Of a DNA stretch of 57,099 bases, positions 34,785 through 44,421 are shown piece after piece. The stretch is taken from contig JAIMBC010000002.1 of the NCBI GenBank assembly GCA_023511675.1, forward strand, positions 1 to 57,099, written 5' to 3'. Position 1 is the first letter of the stretch. Every line of letters starts with the position of its first letter. The translations under genes were made by a program, and so were the position numbers. The DNA comes from Pirellulales bacterium (GTDB lineage Bacteria; Planctomycetota; Planctomycetia; Pirellulales; JAIMBC01). A model generated the notes under the pieces. It searched no databases, had not been told where the DNA came from, and saw only the letters and a list, made by a program, of their open reading frames with translations.

Positions 34785-35996
34785 TCAGCTTTGGGGGAGC
34801 TGATGGCCGAGCTTCTCTCGCTTCGTTTCCAGGTATCGAGCGTTGTGCTCATTGGGCGGCGCGGTGATGGGCACCTGGTCCACCACGTGCAGGTCGAAGC
34901 CCCCATAGATGAAGGCATCGGTTTTCTTGGGGTTGTTGGTGAGCAGGCGGACCTTGGTGAGGCCCAGATCCTTGAGCAACTGGATGCCGATGCCGTAATC
35001 GCGCATGTCCACGCGGTAGCCGAGCGCCAGGTTGGCTTCCACCGTATCCAGGCCCTGGTCCTGGAGGTGGTAGGCGCGGATCTTTTCCACCAGGCCGATC
35101 CCGCGGCCCTCCTGGGGCAGATAGACCAGCACGCCGCAGCCTTCGTGGGCGATCATCTCCAGGGCCAGGTGGAGCTGATCTCCGCAATCGCAGCGCAGCG
35201 AGGCCAACAGGTCGCCAGTGAAGCAAGAGGAGTGCAACCGCACCAGCGGGGCCACGGTTTGGGAGAGGTCGCCGATCACCAGCACCAGCGGCTGTTGCGT
35301 CTCGTATTTGACGCCATAGGCGATCACCCGCCCCATGCCGTAGCGTGTGGGCAAGGTGGCTTCGGCCAGGCGGTAGACCAGCTTCTCACGTTGGCGGCGG
35401 TATCGGATCAGCTCTTCGATGGAGATGATTTCCAGGCCGAAGCGGCGGGCAAGTGCGAAGAGGTCGTCGCGGGTGGCGCGGTTGCCGTCGGCATCGAGGA
35501 TTTCGCAGAGGACGCCGGCGGGGGTGAGTCCGGCGAGGCGTGCCAGGTCGATGGCGGCCTCGGTGTGGCCTGCGCGGCGGAGCACGCCGCCTTCTTTGGC
35601 CATCAAGGGGAAGAGGTGGCCGGGCCGGACAAAGTCTGCGGGTTGGCTTTTTGGATCGATGATGGCCTGGATGGTGCGGGCGCGCTCTGGGGCCGTGATG
35701 CCTGTTTTGCAGCTACGGTGATCGACGGGCACGGTGAAGGCGGTGCCCAGGGGGGCCGTATTCCGCTCCACCATGGGAGGGAGCTTGAGCCGCTCGCAGA
35801 TATCGGGCAGCACGGGCATGCACACCTGGCCGCGGCCGTGCGTGAGCATGAAGTTGATGATTTCCGGGGTCACGCGTTCGGCGGCTGCGATGAAGTCTCC
35901 CTCGTTTTCGCGGTCTTCGGCATCGACCACGATGACCACTTCTCCCCGCGCGATGGCGGCGACGGCAGCTTCGATGGTCGAGAAGGGGGCGGGCAT
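34785..35996 (-). CDS. ribBA: Bifunctional 3,4-dihydroxy-2-butanone-4-phosphate synthase / GTP cyclohydrolase II
   Basis: Starts at MPAPFSTIEAAVAAIARGEVVIVVDAEDRENEGDFI (ATG 35996 in track ORF 34785..36152). Conserved segments are RAGHTEAA, HSSCFTGDLLASLRCDCGDQL and EGRGIGL. Confidence 0.95.
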   Translation of the reverse strand: MPAPFSTIEAAVAAIARGEVVIVVDAEDRENEGDFIAAAERVTPEIINFMLTHGRGQVCMPVLPDICERLKLPPMVERNTAPLGTAFTVPVDHRSCKTGITAPERARTIQAIIDPKSQPADFVRPGHLFPLMAKEGGVLRRAGHTEAAIDLARLAGLTPAGVLCEILDADGNRATRDDLFALARRFGLEIISIEELIRYRRQREKLVYRLAEATLPTRYGMGRVIAYGVKYETQQPLVLVIGDLSQTVAPLVRLHSSCFTGDLLASLRCDCGDQLHLALEMIAHEGCGVLVYLPQEGRGIGLVEKIRAYHLQDQGLDTVEANLALGYRVDMRDYGIGIQLLKDLGLTKVRLLTNNPKKTDAFIYGGFDLHVVDQVPITAPPNEHNARYLETKREKLGHQLPQS

Positions 35997-36077
35997 CGAA
36001 TGGGGCTGGATTCCAGGTACAATCGCAGGTAGGGAGGCGGCGTGGCGCAGGGGCCGCTGCTTCCCGATTTCCTCATG

Positions 36078-36083
36078 ATTATA
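36078..36083 (-). promoter_or_regulatory. Perfect TATAAT hexamer (minus strand) in the ribBA / 36168 divergent intergenic region
   Basis: Plus-strand attata at 36078..36083 reads TATAAT on the minus strand, about 80 nt upstream of the ribBA ATG. The -35 region is poor (CTCTCG). Confidence 0.2.
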
Positions 36084-36167
36084 CGCTGGCGGCTGCGGGG
36101 CGAGAGGGGCCGCAGCGGCAGGGAAGGAGTCGAAGGGGTCCGGCCGTCGCACGGCGGAAAGACCAGG

Positions 36168-37028
36168 ATGCTAGAACGCGAAGAGTACGTAGAGCAGGCC
36201 TATTTCTTTCGTGCGCTCGCCGAGAGATTGGGCCAGAACGTTGCCACGCAAGATCTGTTGCGGACGATCAAGGAAGAACTGCTGGCCAGCACGCGGTTGC
36301 CGCTGGCAGTGGACTTTTTGCGCAGCGAGCTGCAACATCGCGGGGTGATGGCCCCAGCCATGGAGCGGCTGCAGCACTACTTTACGCCGTTTCAGACGTT
36401 TGTGGTGGCGGAGGCCGAGCGGGAGGGGGGCAGGTTCGACTTCCAGCTCGCACTGGCCATCCTGGAGCGCGAGGCGGAGTATCGCGCACGGGGGGCCACC
36501 CCCCAGGGGCTGTTCGTGTACCAGTTCGAGACCCTGTGCCGTAATCGCCTGGGTTACGACAAGGGCCTGACAGCCATGTCGCAGGATCCCATGTACGACG
36601 CGGCATGGCGCGAGTGGATCCTCACCGTGCGGCGGCAGATCGGGCTGGTCGATTTTGCCGATCTGATCTACGTCCGCAGCCAGCAGTACGTGAATCAGCG
36701 TGCGCGCCAGGGTCTGGGCGATGAGGCCCCAGACAAACCCGTGCTCTTCGGCGAAAAGGAGGGCAAGATCGCCCTTGCCAATCGGCGCCGGGATCCCCTC
36801 TACCTGTTCGCCGCCCTGCAACGGCACCTCGGCTACCCGCCCGTGCCGCGGCGGCAGCCCCCCGACGAGGTCAAGCAGTTGCTGCCCACGCTGGTCAAGC
36901 GGCTCGACAAGCTGGAAACACGCATCAAATTGCTGGAAGAAGAGCAGCGGGGCGGTATCGACCTGAGCAAGTTTTACGGCCCGGCGCCTCCCGGGGAACT
37001 CGACCAGCAACCCGGCGGCGGGGACTAG
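36168..37028 (+). CDS. Conserved-looking hypothetical protein (286 aa), function unknown
   Basis: The protein-like sequence starts at MLEREEYVEQAYFFRALAERLGQNV (ATG 36168 in track ORF 36042..37028). Composition is balanced, with a C-terminal coiled-coil-like LVKRLDKLETRIKLLEEEQ. I recognised no family. Confidence 0.6.
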   Translation: MLEREEYVEQAYFFRALAERLGQNVATQDLLRTIKEELLASTRLPLAVDFLRSELQHRGVMAPAMERLQHYFTPFQTFVVAEAEREGGRFDFQLALAILEREAEYRARGATPQGLFVYQFETLCRNRLGYDKGLTAMSQDPMYDAAWREWILTVRRQIGLVDFADLIYVRSQQYVNQRARQGLGDEAPDKPVLFGEKEGKIALANRRRDPLYLFAALQRHLGYPPVPRRQPPDEVKQLLPTLVKRLDKLETRIKLLEEEQRGGIDLSKFYGPAPPGELDQQPGGGD

Positions 37029-37223
37029 AAAATCGCTCAATTGCGGTTCAATTCTCGCCGGCCTCGTGGTAGATTTGGCAGAGCGAGAGGCTGAAGGGAA
37101 CATGTGGGAGGTACTGGTTTTGCAGAACGGTGCGGCCCCGGGACGGTTCGGAACCGAGCCAGATCCTGCCGCGAGGGGTGGTAACGGGGCGCGCTGGCTG
37201 CGCATCGCTGCTGGGAGTCCTCC

Positions 37224-37688
37224 ATGGATATCCGCGACAACCTGACCTCCGAGACCGTGGAACACGCCTACCCCACGCCGCCGCTAGCGGTGCATCCCCA
37301 AACCACCGTCCGGCAAGCGCTGGAGTTGATGAAGGCGGAGCATGCAAGCTGCCTGCTGGTATGTCAGCAGGGGCGGCTGGAGGGCATCTTCACCGAACGG
37401 GACGCCTTGCGGCTCTTGGCTTCGGACGCGGATCTCGACACGCCCCTGGAACGCGTGATGGTGCGCCAACCCTCCACGGTCCACCGCACCGTCACCGTGG
37501 CAGAAGCCATGCAAAAAATGACCAGCGGCGGTTATCGCCGCTTGCCCATTGTTGATGAGCAACATCGCCCCACCGGGCTGGTCAGCGTCAAAGGTATGAT
37601 CCGCTACCTGTGCGAGCACTTCCCCCGCGTGGTCTACAACCAGCCCACCGTGGCCCACCCCATCACGCACCAGCGCGAGGGCCCTTAA
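37224..37688 (+). CDS. CBS-domain pair protein
   Basis: 154 aa with two CBS units (TVRQALELMKAEHASCLLVCQQGRLEGIFTERDALR; TVAEAMQKMTSGGYRRLPIVDEQHRPTGLVSVKGMIRYL). A GGAG Shine-Dalgarno sequence is present. Confidence 0.85.
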   Translation: MDIRDNLTSETVEHAYPTPPLAVHPQTTVRQALELMKAEHASCLLVCQQGRLEGIFTERDALRLLASDADLDTPLERVMVRQPSTVHRTVTVAEAMQKMTSGGYRRLPIVDEQHRPTGLVSVKGMIRYLCEHFPRVVYNQPTVAHPITHQREGP

Positions 37689-37763
37689 GAACCCGTTCGT
37701 CGCTGGTGCCCCGCCCATATAATTCAATGTACTCTCTCGTGAGTTCGAGAACAGCAGAAGTCC

Positions 37764-39623
37764 ATGGCTACTACCACGGCGGTTGAAAAACGCGTGATCG
37801 AGTTGGAAAGCGCCACGGTGCGCTTTGCCGGCGACTCCGGGGACGGCATGCAGTTGGCAGGCAACCAGATGGCCAACACCTCGGCCCTGGTGGGCAACGA
37901 TATTGCCACGTTCCCCGATTTTCCCGCTGAGATCCGGGCGCCGCGCGGCACCCTCGCAGGCGTGAGCGGCTTCCAGCTCCGCTTTGCCAGCCGCGAGATC
38001 TATACTCCGGGCGATCAGGTCGAGGCCCTCGTCGCCATGAATCCCGCCGCGCTGGCCACCAACCTGCCGGACCTCATGCCCGGCGGCATCCTGATCGTTA
38101 ATAAAGACGAGTTCGATGCCAAGGGCCTCAAACAAGCCGGCTACGCCTCCAACCCCCTGGAAGACGGTAGCCTCAAGGCCTACCGCGTGTTCCCGGTGGA
38201 AATGACCAAGCTCACCCGCCTGGCCGTAGAAGAATGCGGCCTGGGAACGAAGGAAAGCGACCGCTGCCGCAACTTCTTCGCCATGGGGCTGGTGTTCTGG
38301 CTGTATGACCGGCCCCTGGAGCCGACCCTGCGGTTCATCGAATCGCGATTTGGCAAGCGGGCACCCGCCGTGGCGGAGGCCAACCGCCGCGCCTTGCTGG
38401 CCGGCTATCACTATGGAGAAACCACCGAGGCCTTTGATGCCCACTATCGCGTGGCGCCTGCCAAGCTGCCGCCGGGCACCTACCGCAATATCATGGGCAA
38501 CGAGGCCCTGGCCATCGGCCTGATCACCGCGGCCCGCCGCAGCGGCAAGGATCTGTTTCTGGGCAGCTATCCCATCACCCCTGCCAGCGACATTCTGCAC
38601 GAGCTGTCACGGCACAAGAACTTTGGCGTGCGTACGTTTCAGGCAGAAGACGAGATTGCCGCGATCACGGCCGCCATTGGCGCCTCGTTTGGCGGGGCGA
38701 TGGGGGTCACCACCTCCAGCGGCCCGGGGATTGCGCTCAAGCAAGAGGCCATGGGGCTGGCGGTGATGACCGAGCTGCCGCTGTTGATCATCAACGTGCA
38801 GCGGGGCGGCCCCAGCACGGGGTTGCCCACCAAGACCGAACAAGCAGACCTGTGGCAGGCCCTCTTCGGCCGCAATGGAGAGTGCCCCATTCCCGTGCTC
38901 GCCGCCGCCAGTCCGGCCGATTGCTTTGACGTGGTGCAAGAAGCATGGCGGATCGCCGTGCGCTACATGACGCCGGTGATTGTGCTGTCAGACGGCTACA
39001 TCGCCAACGGCTCGGAGCCCTGGCGCATCCCCGACGCCAAGAACCTGCCGCCCATCGAGGTCAAGCACCCCGGCCCGCTGGAGAATGGCGGCCCGTTCAT
39101 GCCTTACCAGCGCGATGAGCGGCTGGCGCGGCCCTGGGCGCTGCCAGGCACGCCCGGCCTGATGCACCGCATTGGCGGTCTCGAGAAACAGGACGTGACG
39201 GGCAACGTCAGCTACGATCCAGAAAACCACCAGCACATGGTGCAAACCCGTGCCGCCAAGGTGGCCGGCATCGCCCAGGACATTCCCTTGCAGCAGGTGC
39301 AGGGGCCCGAACAGGGCAAGCTGCTGGTGGTAAGCTGGGGCGGCACGTATGGTTCGTGCGCCACCGCGGTGCGCAATGTCCAGGCCCTCGGCGGCTCCGT
39401 GGCGCACTGCCACCTGCGATACCTCAACCCCTTCCCACGCAATCTGGGCGAGATCCTCTCTCGCTACGAGCAGATCCTCGTGCCGGAGCTGAATCTCGGC
39501 CAACTCTGTTTCGTGCTTCGCGGCCGGTTCCTCGTGCCTGCCCAGGGCCTCAACAAGGTCAAGGGCAAGCCATTCACCGTGGCCGAGATCACTAGCAAAA
39601 TTCAAGAGATGCTCCATGCCTGA
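37764..39623 (+). CDS. korA: 2-oxoacid (2-oxoglutarate):ferredoxin oxidoreductase subunit alpha
   Basis: 619 aa with [52 protein letters not shown] and [18 protein letters not shown]. This is the fused gamma/alpha-type architecture. Confidence 0.9.
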   Translation: MATTTAVEKRVIELESATVRFAGDSGDGMQLAGNQMANTSALVGNDIATFPDFPAEIRAPRGTLAGVSGFQLRFASREIYTPGDQVEALVAMNPAALATNLPDLMPGGILIVNKDEFDAKGLKQAGYASNPLEDGSLKAYRVFPVEMTKLTRLAVEECGLGTKESDRCRNFFAMGLVFWLYDRPLEPTLRFIESRFGKRAPAVAEANRRALLAGYHYGETTEAFDAHYRVAPAKLPPGTYRNIMGNEALAIGLITAARRSGKDLFLGSYPITPASDILHELSRHKNFGVRTFQAEDEIAAITAAIGASFGGAMGVTTSSGPGIALKQEAMGLAVMTELPLLIINVQRGGPSTGLPTKTEQADLWQALFGRNGECPIPVLAAASPADCFDVVQEAWRIAVRYMTPVIVLSDGYIANGSEPWRIPDAKNLPPIEVKHPGPLENGGPFMPYQRDERLARPWALPGTPGLMHRIGGLEKQDVTGNVSYDPENHQHMVQTRAAKVAGIAQDIPLQQVQGPEQGKLLVVSWGGTYGSCATAVRNVQALGGSVAHCHLRYLNPFPRNLGEILSRYEQILVPELNLGQLCFVLRGRFLVPAQGLNKVKGKPFTVAEITSKIQEMLHA

Positions 39624-40755
39624 TAGCCAAGGCTCAATCACTGCTTCTCCACGACCACGCGGTACCGTCCCGGACGTGCCCGCCTCGGATGCCACCATTA
39701 TCGGCGGCGCGTCTGCCCCGCCGGCCGCAGCACCCACTACGGCCCCCGCCCGGCTGCCGGTGCTCACCCCCAACGATTATGCCAGCGATCAGGACGTGCG
39801 CTGGTGCCCAGGCTGCGGCGATTACTCGATTCTCGCCCAGATGAAAAAGGTGCTGGCCACGCTGGGCATCCCGCGGGAGAAGCTCGTGTTCGTCTCGGGC
39901 ATCGGCTGCTCCAGCCGCTTCCCCTACTATCTGAACACCTATGGCTTTCACTCCATTCACGGTCGTGCGCCGGCCATCGCCACCGGACTCAAGGTTACCC
40001 GGCCCGACCTGATGGTGTGGGTGATCACCGGCGACGGCGACGGCCTGAGCATCGGTGGCAACCATCTGATGCATTGCATCCGCCGCAATCTCGATATCAA
40101 CATCGTGCTGTTCAACAACCGCATCTACGGACTGACCAAGGGCCAGTATTCCCCAACCTCGCCCTTGGGCAAGATCACCAAGAGCACGCCCATGGGCGTG
40201 ATCGACAACCCCCTGCACCCCCTCTGCCTGGCCATCGGCTGCGAGGCGACCTTTGTCGCTCGCTCCATCGACACCAATATCAAGCACCTGACCATGGTGT
40301 TGCAGCGGGCAGCGGAACACCGCGGCACCTCGTTCGTCGAGGTGTACCAGAATTGCAATGTGTTCAACGACGGCGCCTTCGACTACGCCACGAACCGCGA
40401 GACCAAGTCCGATGCCACGCTGGAGCTGGAGCACGGCAAGCCTCTGGTGTTCGGCAAGAACCGCAACAAGGGCATCCGCCTTAACGGCATGACCCCCGAA
40501 GTGGTGGAGCTGGGCAAAGGCATCACCGAGGACGATCTGCTGTTCCACGACGAGAAGGCCCCCGAGCCGACCCTGGCCTATCTGCTCAGCCGCATGACGT
40601 ATCCCGAGTTTCCTGAGCCGATCGGCGTGTTCCGCGCCGTGGACCGCCCCAAGTACGATGAATCGATGAACGCCCAGATCGCCGAAGCCCGCAGCAAGGG
40701 CGAGGGCGATCTCGACAAGCTGTTCCACGCAGGAGATACCTGGGTGGTATCCTGA
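39616..40755 (+). CDS. korB: 2-oxoacid:ferredoxin oxidoreductase subunit beta (TPP-binding)
   Basis: 379 aa with [46 protein letters not shown] and [11 protein letters not shown]. It overlaps the korA end by 8 nt. Confidence 0.9.
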   Translation: MPDSQGSITASPRPRGTVPDVPASDATIIGGASAPPAAAPTTAPARLPVLTPNDYASDQDVRWCPGCGDYSILAQMKKVLATLGIPREKLVFVSGIGCSSRFPYYLNTYGFHSIHGRAPAIATGLKVTRPDLMVWVITGDGDGLSIGGNHLMHCIRRNLDINIVLFNNRIYGLTKGQYSPTSPLGKITKSTPMGVIDNPLHPLCLAIGCEATFVARSIDTNIKHLTMVLQRAAEHRGTSFVEVYQNCNVFNDGAFDYATNRETKSDATLELEHGKPLVFGKNRNKGIRLNGMTPEVVELGKGITEDDLLFHDEKAPEPTLAYLLSRMTYPEFPEPIGVFRAVDRPKYDESMNAQIAEARSKGEGDLDKLFHAGDTWVVS

Positions 40756-40791
40756 CGCTGCCCGCCCCCTTCTCCAGCAAGGAGGGAATGT

Positions 40792-41340
40792 ATGGTCCTC
40801 TGTCCCTTTTGCGGCGCCGAGGAAATCGACGGCGCTGATGTCTGCCAGCAGTGCCAGCAGCCGCTGGACGATTTGACAGACCCTCAACCCTCCACCGACC
40901 TCGAACGCTTCCTGGTGCGCGACAAGGTGTACATGCTCGAGCCCCGCAAGCCCGTGACCGTGGCAGCCCACACTCCCGTAGCCAACGTGCTGCGCACGCT
41001 GTACGATCGCCGCCTCGGTTGCGTGATGGTGCTGGAGGACGAAGAACTCGTGGGTATCTTCAGCGAGCGGGACGCCTTGCTGCGGCTAAATACCGACTAC
41101 GCCGCTTTGCGTCACCGGCCCATCGCGGAGTTCATGACGCCCTCTCCAGAAACCGTTGAGTCGGACGCCAGCATCGCCTTCGCGCTGCACAAGATGGACG
41201 TGGGCGGCTACCGCCACCTGCCCGTGACGGCAGATGGGAAACTGGTGGGCCTGATCTCGATCCGCGACATCTTCCGCTATATCACCGACCGCCTGCCGGG
41301 CGTGCAGCAGCCGCCAGCCGCAGCCGGGCAAGGTCCGTAG
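40792..41340 (+). CDS. CBS-domain pair protein with an N-terminal zinc-ribbon-like motif
   Basis: 182 aa. The N-terminus is CPFCGAEEIDGADVCQQCQ (CxxC..CxxC), followed by two CBS units (VANVLRTLYDRRLGCVMVLEDEELVGIFSERDALLRL; IAFALHKMDVGGYRHLPVTADGKLVGLISIRDIFRYI). Confidence 0.85.
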   Translation: MVLCPFCGAEEIDGADVCQQCQQPLDDLTDPQPSTDLERFLVRDKVYMLEPRKPVTVAAHTPVANVLRTLYDRRLGCVMVLEDEELVGIFSERDALLRLNTDYAALRHRPIAEFMTPSPETVESDASIAFALHKMDVGGYRHLPVTADGKLVGLISIRDIFRYITDRLPGVQQPPAAAGQGP

Positions 41341-41644
41341 TGACAGGCTCTGCCAGGCGGCTGGGCCGCATTTCCCACCGACTTGCCCGCCGCCGCGCGG
41401 CCTGGATGCCGTACGTGTTCATCCACAGAGACGGAGCGCTTGCGGTGCAGGCGTTCCGCCAGCCTGAACAGCGGTGCACGCGTTCCGGCTGACTTCCAAG
41501 CGGTGCAGCAGCGCAGCCATGCCTCGAGAGTCGCAAAGGCGTGCTGCCTGACTCAGCGGGTACCTTGTATGTTGATCCCCTGCGGTGCAGGGGGCACAAT
41601 GGCGCGCTGTCGCCACCCTCAGTCCACCTTTGGAGGAGCCTACC

Positions 41645-42487
41645 ATGTTCCACGCACTGCGTTGCCCCGTTGCTGCCGCCAAGCTGCCTGCGTTGGCGAT
41701 CACGGTCGCTGGTTTGCTGGTCTCTCCCCGGCTTGTATGGGCTCAAACCGATCCGGCGCGCCAGCGGTTGGAGCAGTCTCGCCGCCACCACGAATACAAC
41801 GATGTTTCCACCCCCGCCGGCCGTACGGTGCGGGTATTTGTGGTCTACCCTGAGGTCGATAAGCCCGTACCCGGCGTGGTGATCATCCACGAGAACCGCG
41901 GCCTCACCGACTGGGAACGCGGGCTGGCCGATCAGCTTGCCGAGGCCGGCTACGTGGCCGTGGCGCCCGATCTGCTCAGCCAGACCGGACCGGGCGGGGG
42001 CGGCACCGAGAGCTATGAATCTCGGGATGCGGCCCGCGAGGGCATCTATAAACTGCCGCCCGAGCAGGTAATCGCCGACCTGGACGCGGTGGTCGAGTAC
42101 ACGCGCACCCTGGAGGCCACCACCGATGCCGTGGCCGTCTGCGGCTTCTGCTGGGGCGGGGGCCAGTGCTTCCGCTTTGCCGCGCACAACGACCAGATCA
42201 AGGCGGCGTTTGTGTTCTACGGTCCCGCTCCTGCGCAGGATGTGCTGACTAAGGTGAAGGTACCCGTTTACGGCTTTTACGGCGGCAACGACTTCCGCAT
42301 CACCGGCCAGGTGCCCCGTGTGGCCGAGGCCATGAAGGAAGCGGGCCTCACCTTCGAGCCCGTGGTGTACGAGAACGCGGGACACGGCTTCATGCGCAGC
42401 GGCGAGAGCGAGAGCGCCCCGCCCGCCGACCGCACTGCCCGCGAACAGGCCTGGAAGCGCTGGAAGGAACTGCTCGCTCGCCTGTAA
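41645..42487 (+). CDS. Dienelactone hydrolase family protein, secreted
   Basis: ATG at 41645, preceded by GGAGG. Signal peptide is MFHALRCPVAAAKLPALAITVAGLLVSPRLVWA. Family motifs are VVIIHENRGLTDW, the nucleophile motif VCGFCWGGG and YENAGHGF. Confidence 0.85.
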   Translation: MFHALRCPVAAAKLPALAITVAGLLVSPRLVWAQTDPARQRLEQSRRHHEYNDVSTPAGRTVRVFVVYPEVDKPVPGVVIIHENRGLTDWERGLADQLAEAGYVAVAPDLLSQTGPGGGGTESYESRDAAREGIYKLPPEQVIADLDAVVEYTRTLEATTDAVAVCGFCWGGGQCFRFAAHNDQIKAAFVFYGPAPAQDVLTKVKVPVYGFYGGNDFRITGQVPRVAEAMKEAGLTFEPVVYENAGHGFMRSGESESAPPADRTAREQAWKRWKELLARL

Positions 42488-42675
42488 CGACGTGGCGGCA
42501 CAGAGAGGTAACAACCCGTTTTTCCTCGGTCGCGTGATCCTGCCTGGGAAGGCGTTGCCAGGCTCGTAGTAACCGCATTCATGCGGTCCTGAAGCTTGCG
42601 ACCACGCTGGCACTGGAGGCCCTTACCCCCCCAGGCCCGCTGAAGCGGGGCACTACGAACCAGCGGAGAGTCTCG

Positions 42676-44183
42676 CTACTCGGCCGGGGGCGTGGCAGAG
42701 AGGCGGGCCTTGTCGGCCTGCCAGGTTTGTACGTCGTCGGGGCGGTTCATGGCAGGATAGAGGGCGATCAGGCGGTCAACGGCCTCGATTAGCCGTTGTG
42801 CTCGTACGGCCTGCGGGATGTCGTCCTGGCGGGCCTTCAGGCCCTCGTAGCCTGAGAGGAGGAGCGGCTCGGCCTCGGCGGATTGCTGCTGGCCCAGCAG
42901 GGCCTCGTCCAGCATGGAGCGGGTATTGAACATGGTCCAGACCTCCGGCTGATGCTGCTGGCGGATAGTCAGACACTCGCGCAGGGCCGCTTCTGCGTCG
43001 GCCGCATTTTTCTTGGCTACAGACTCAGCCACGATGGCCCGCTGCATGTGCCACAGGCTCACGCCCAGGCCGGCCAGCAGGACGAGGGTGATCGCCGCAG
43101 CGGCCCACTGCACCCCCCGCCGCCGCTTGCGGGCCTCTGCGTCCCGCACCCAGTGCCCGCTGCTGCTCCAGCTCCGCGTGACGCGCACGCCTCGGCCGTG
43201 TGCCGGGTCTCCGCCACCTGCTGGGCCACCGCTGTGCCTTCCGCCGGCCGGTCCTCCTGCTTGAACGCCAGGCACCGCTTGCAGAGGGCCACCAGGTCGG
43301 GCTCCGCCCCGCAGCCGTCGAGCCGGGCAAAGGCATCGGCCGTCTCCCAGCGCACGGCCTGCAAGCGAGCGGCCTTCTCGTCCCGGCCGCGGTACGGCGG
43401 CGCCGCGGTGAGGATCTCGCACAGCATGGCTCCCAGGCCGAACACGTCGGTGCGTGCATCCAGCTTGCGAATCTCCCCGGCGGCCTGCTCGGGCGCCATG
43501 TACGACGGCGTGCCCAGCACCGAGCCGGTGCGCGTGTCTGAACCGCCTGGCTCGGGCGTGCCGATCTGGGTGTGCCAATCGAGTGTGGCGTCGGGGTCGG
43601 TCTCGTCGCGGGGCTGGCGATCCGGGCTGGCCCTGCCTTGCAGCCGCTTGGCCAGGCCTCAGTCCATCACCTGCACCTCGCCGTGTGCGCCCACCATCAC
43701 CTTTGAGGGCTTCAGATCGCAATGCACGACAACCTGCGCATGTGCGTAGCCCACTGCGTGGCACACCTGCTCGAAGATGGCAATGAACCGGCCCAGCCCG
43801 TCGGTCGGCGATTGCCGCTGCTGGAGCAACTCGCGCAGCGTGTCGCCCTTGACGAGCTTCATGGCCAAGAACGGCTGGCCGTTGGGGAGCGTGCCAACTT
43901 CGTAGGCGGGCGGAATGCCCGGGTGTGGCAAATGGCCGGTGATGGCGGCCTCGACGCGGAAGCGCACGGCAGCGGGCGCATCGGCCGGCACCTCGGGCTC
44001 GAGCAGCTTGACGGCCACGTCTCGGTCGAAGAGCGTGTCGCGTGCGCGGCGGACCACGCCCATGCCGCCTGCACCGATCTCTTCGGCCGGTTCATATCGG
44101 CCCGCCAGCAGCTCAGTCTGAGCCGCGAGAAGTTGGGAACTTTCGTACCCGCTCTCGGGCGGAAGCGGATCGTCCGAAGCCAT
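42676..44183 (-). pseudogene. Disrupted Hanks-type Ser/Thr protein kinase (in-frame TGA plus at least one frameshift)
   Basis: The N-lobe and catalytic loop lie in ORF 43659..44216 (GAGGMGVV, VAVKLL, HCDLKPSKV, VQVMD then TGA). The same frame continues GLAKR...GTPSYMAPEQ...DVFGLGAML (ORF 43059..43520). The RKRRR motif, the TM helix (AAAAITLVLLAGLGVSLW) and the C-terminal domain lie in a different frame (ORF 42676..43764). Confidence 0.75.
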
Positions 44184-44367
44184 GGCATGGCCCTCCAGAA
44201 GCAGAACAGAATGCATTATGCCGCGCCGGAGGGGATGACAACACGCATGTGTTCTCTCTCGTTCCCAGCCACCTGCCTGGAGGGCGTGGCGGACGGGACC
44301 GGCCAGCGCTGCGCCCTACCCCCTCAACAAAGGGGGGCTTGGGGGGCAGTGACCATCCCTGACTCGT

Positions 44368-44391
44368 GTTCCCAGGCAGCAGCCTGGGAAC
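44368..44391 (-). terminator. Perfect 10-bp GC-rich hairpin (GTTCCCAGGC-agca-GCCTGGGAAC) downstream of the PCD gene; REP-like
   Basis: Read directly from the sequence. It lies 31 nt beyond the stop of the minus-strand gene 44422..44787 and has no U-tract. A degenerate copy lies at 44258..44286. Confidence 0.3.
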
Positions 44392-44421
44392 GAGAGGTGA
44401 CGCTCAGCCGCGGTCAGCGGC

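Noticed and set aside
35997-36167. FMN (RFN) riboswitch upstream of ribBA
   Set aside because: I looked on the minus strand for the conserved RFN core sequences and found none. This cannot be fully excluded without a covariance-model scan.
37040-37110. tRNA-like GGTTCAATTC segment (about 37046)
   Set aside because: The flanking bases do not form a T-stem (tgcgg / ctcgc are not complementary). No acceptor or anticodon arms could be drawn.
43659-43661. TGA as selenocysteine or Trp recoding in the kinase
   Set aside because: The expected residue is Trp or Phe, not Cys/Sec, and I noticed no SECIS-like stem immediately downstream. TGA is used as a genuine stop by many genes in the window. A nonsense mutation plus the additional frameshift fits a pseudogene better.
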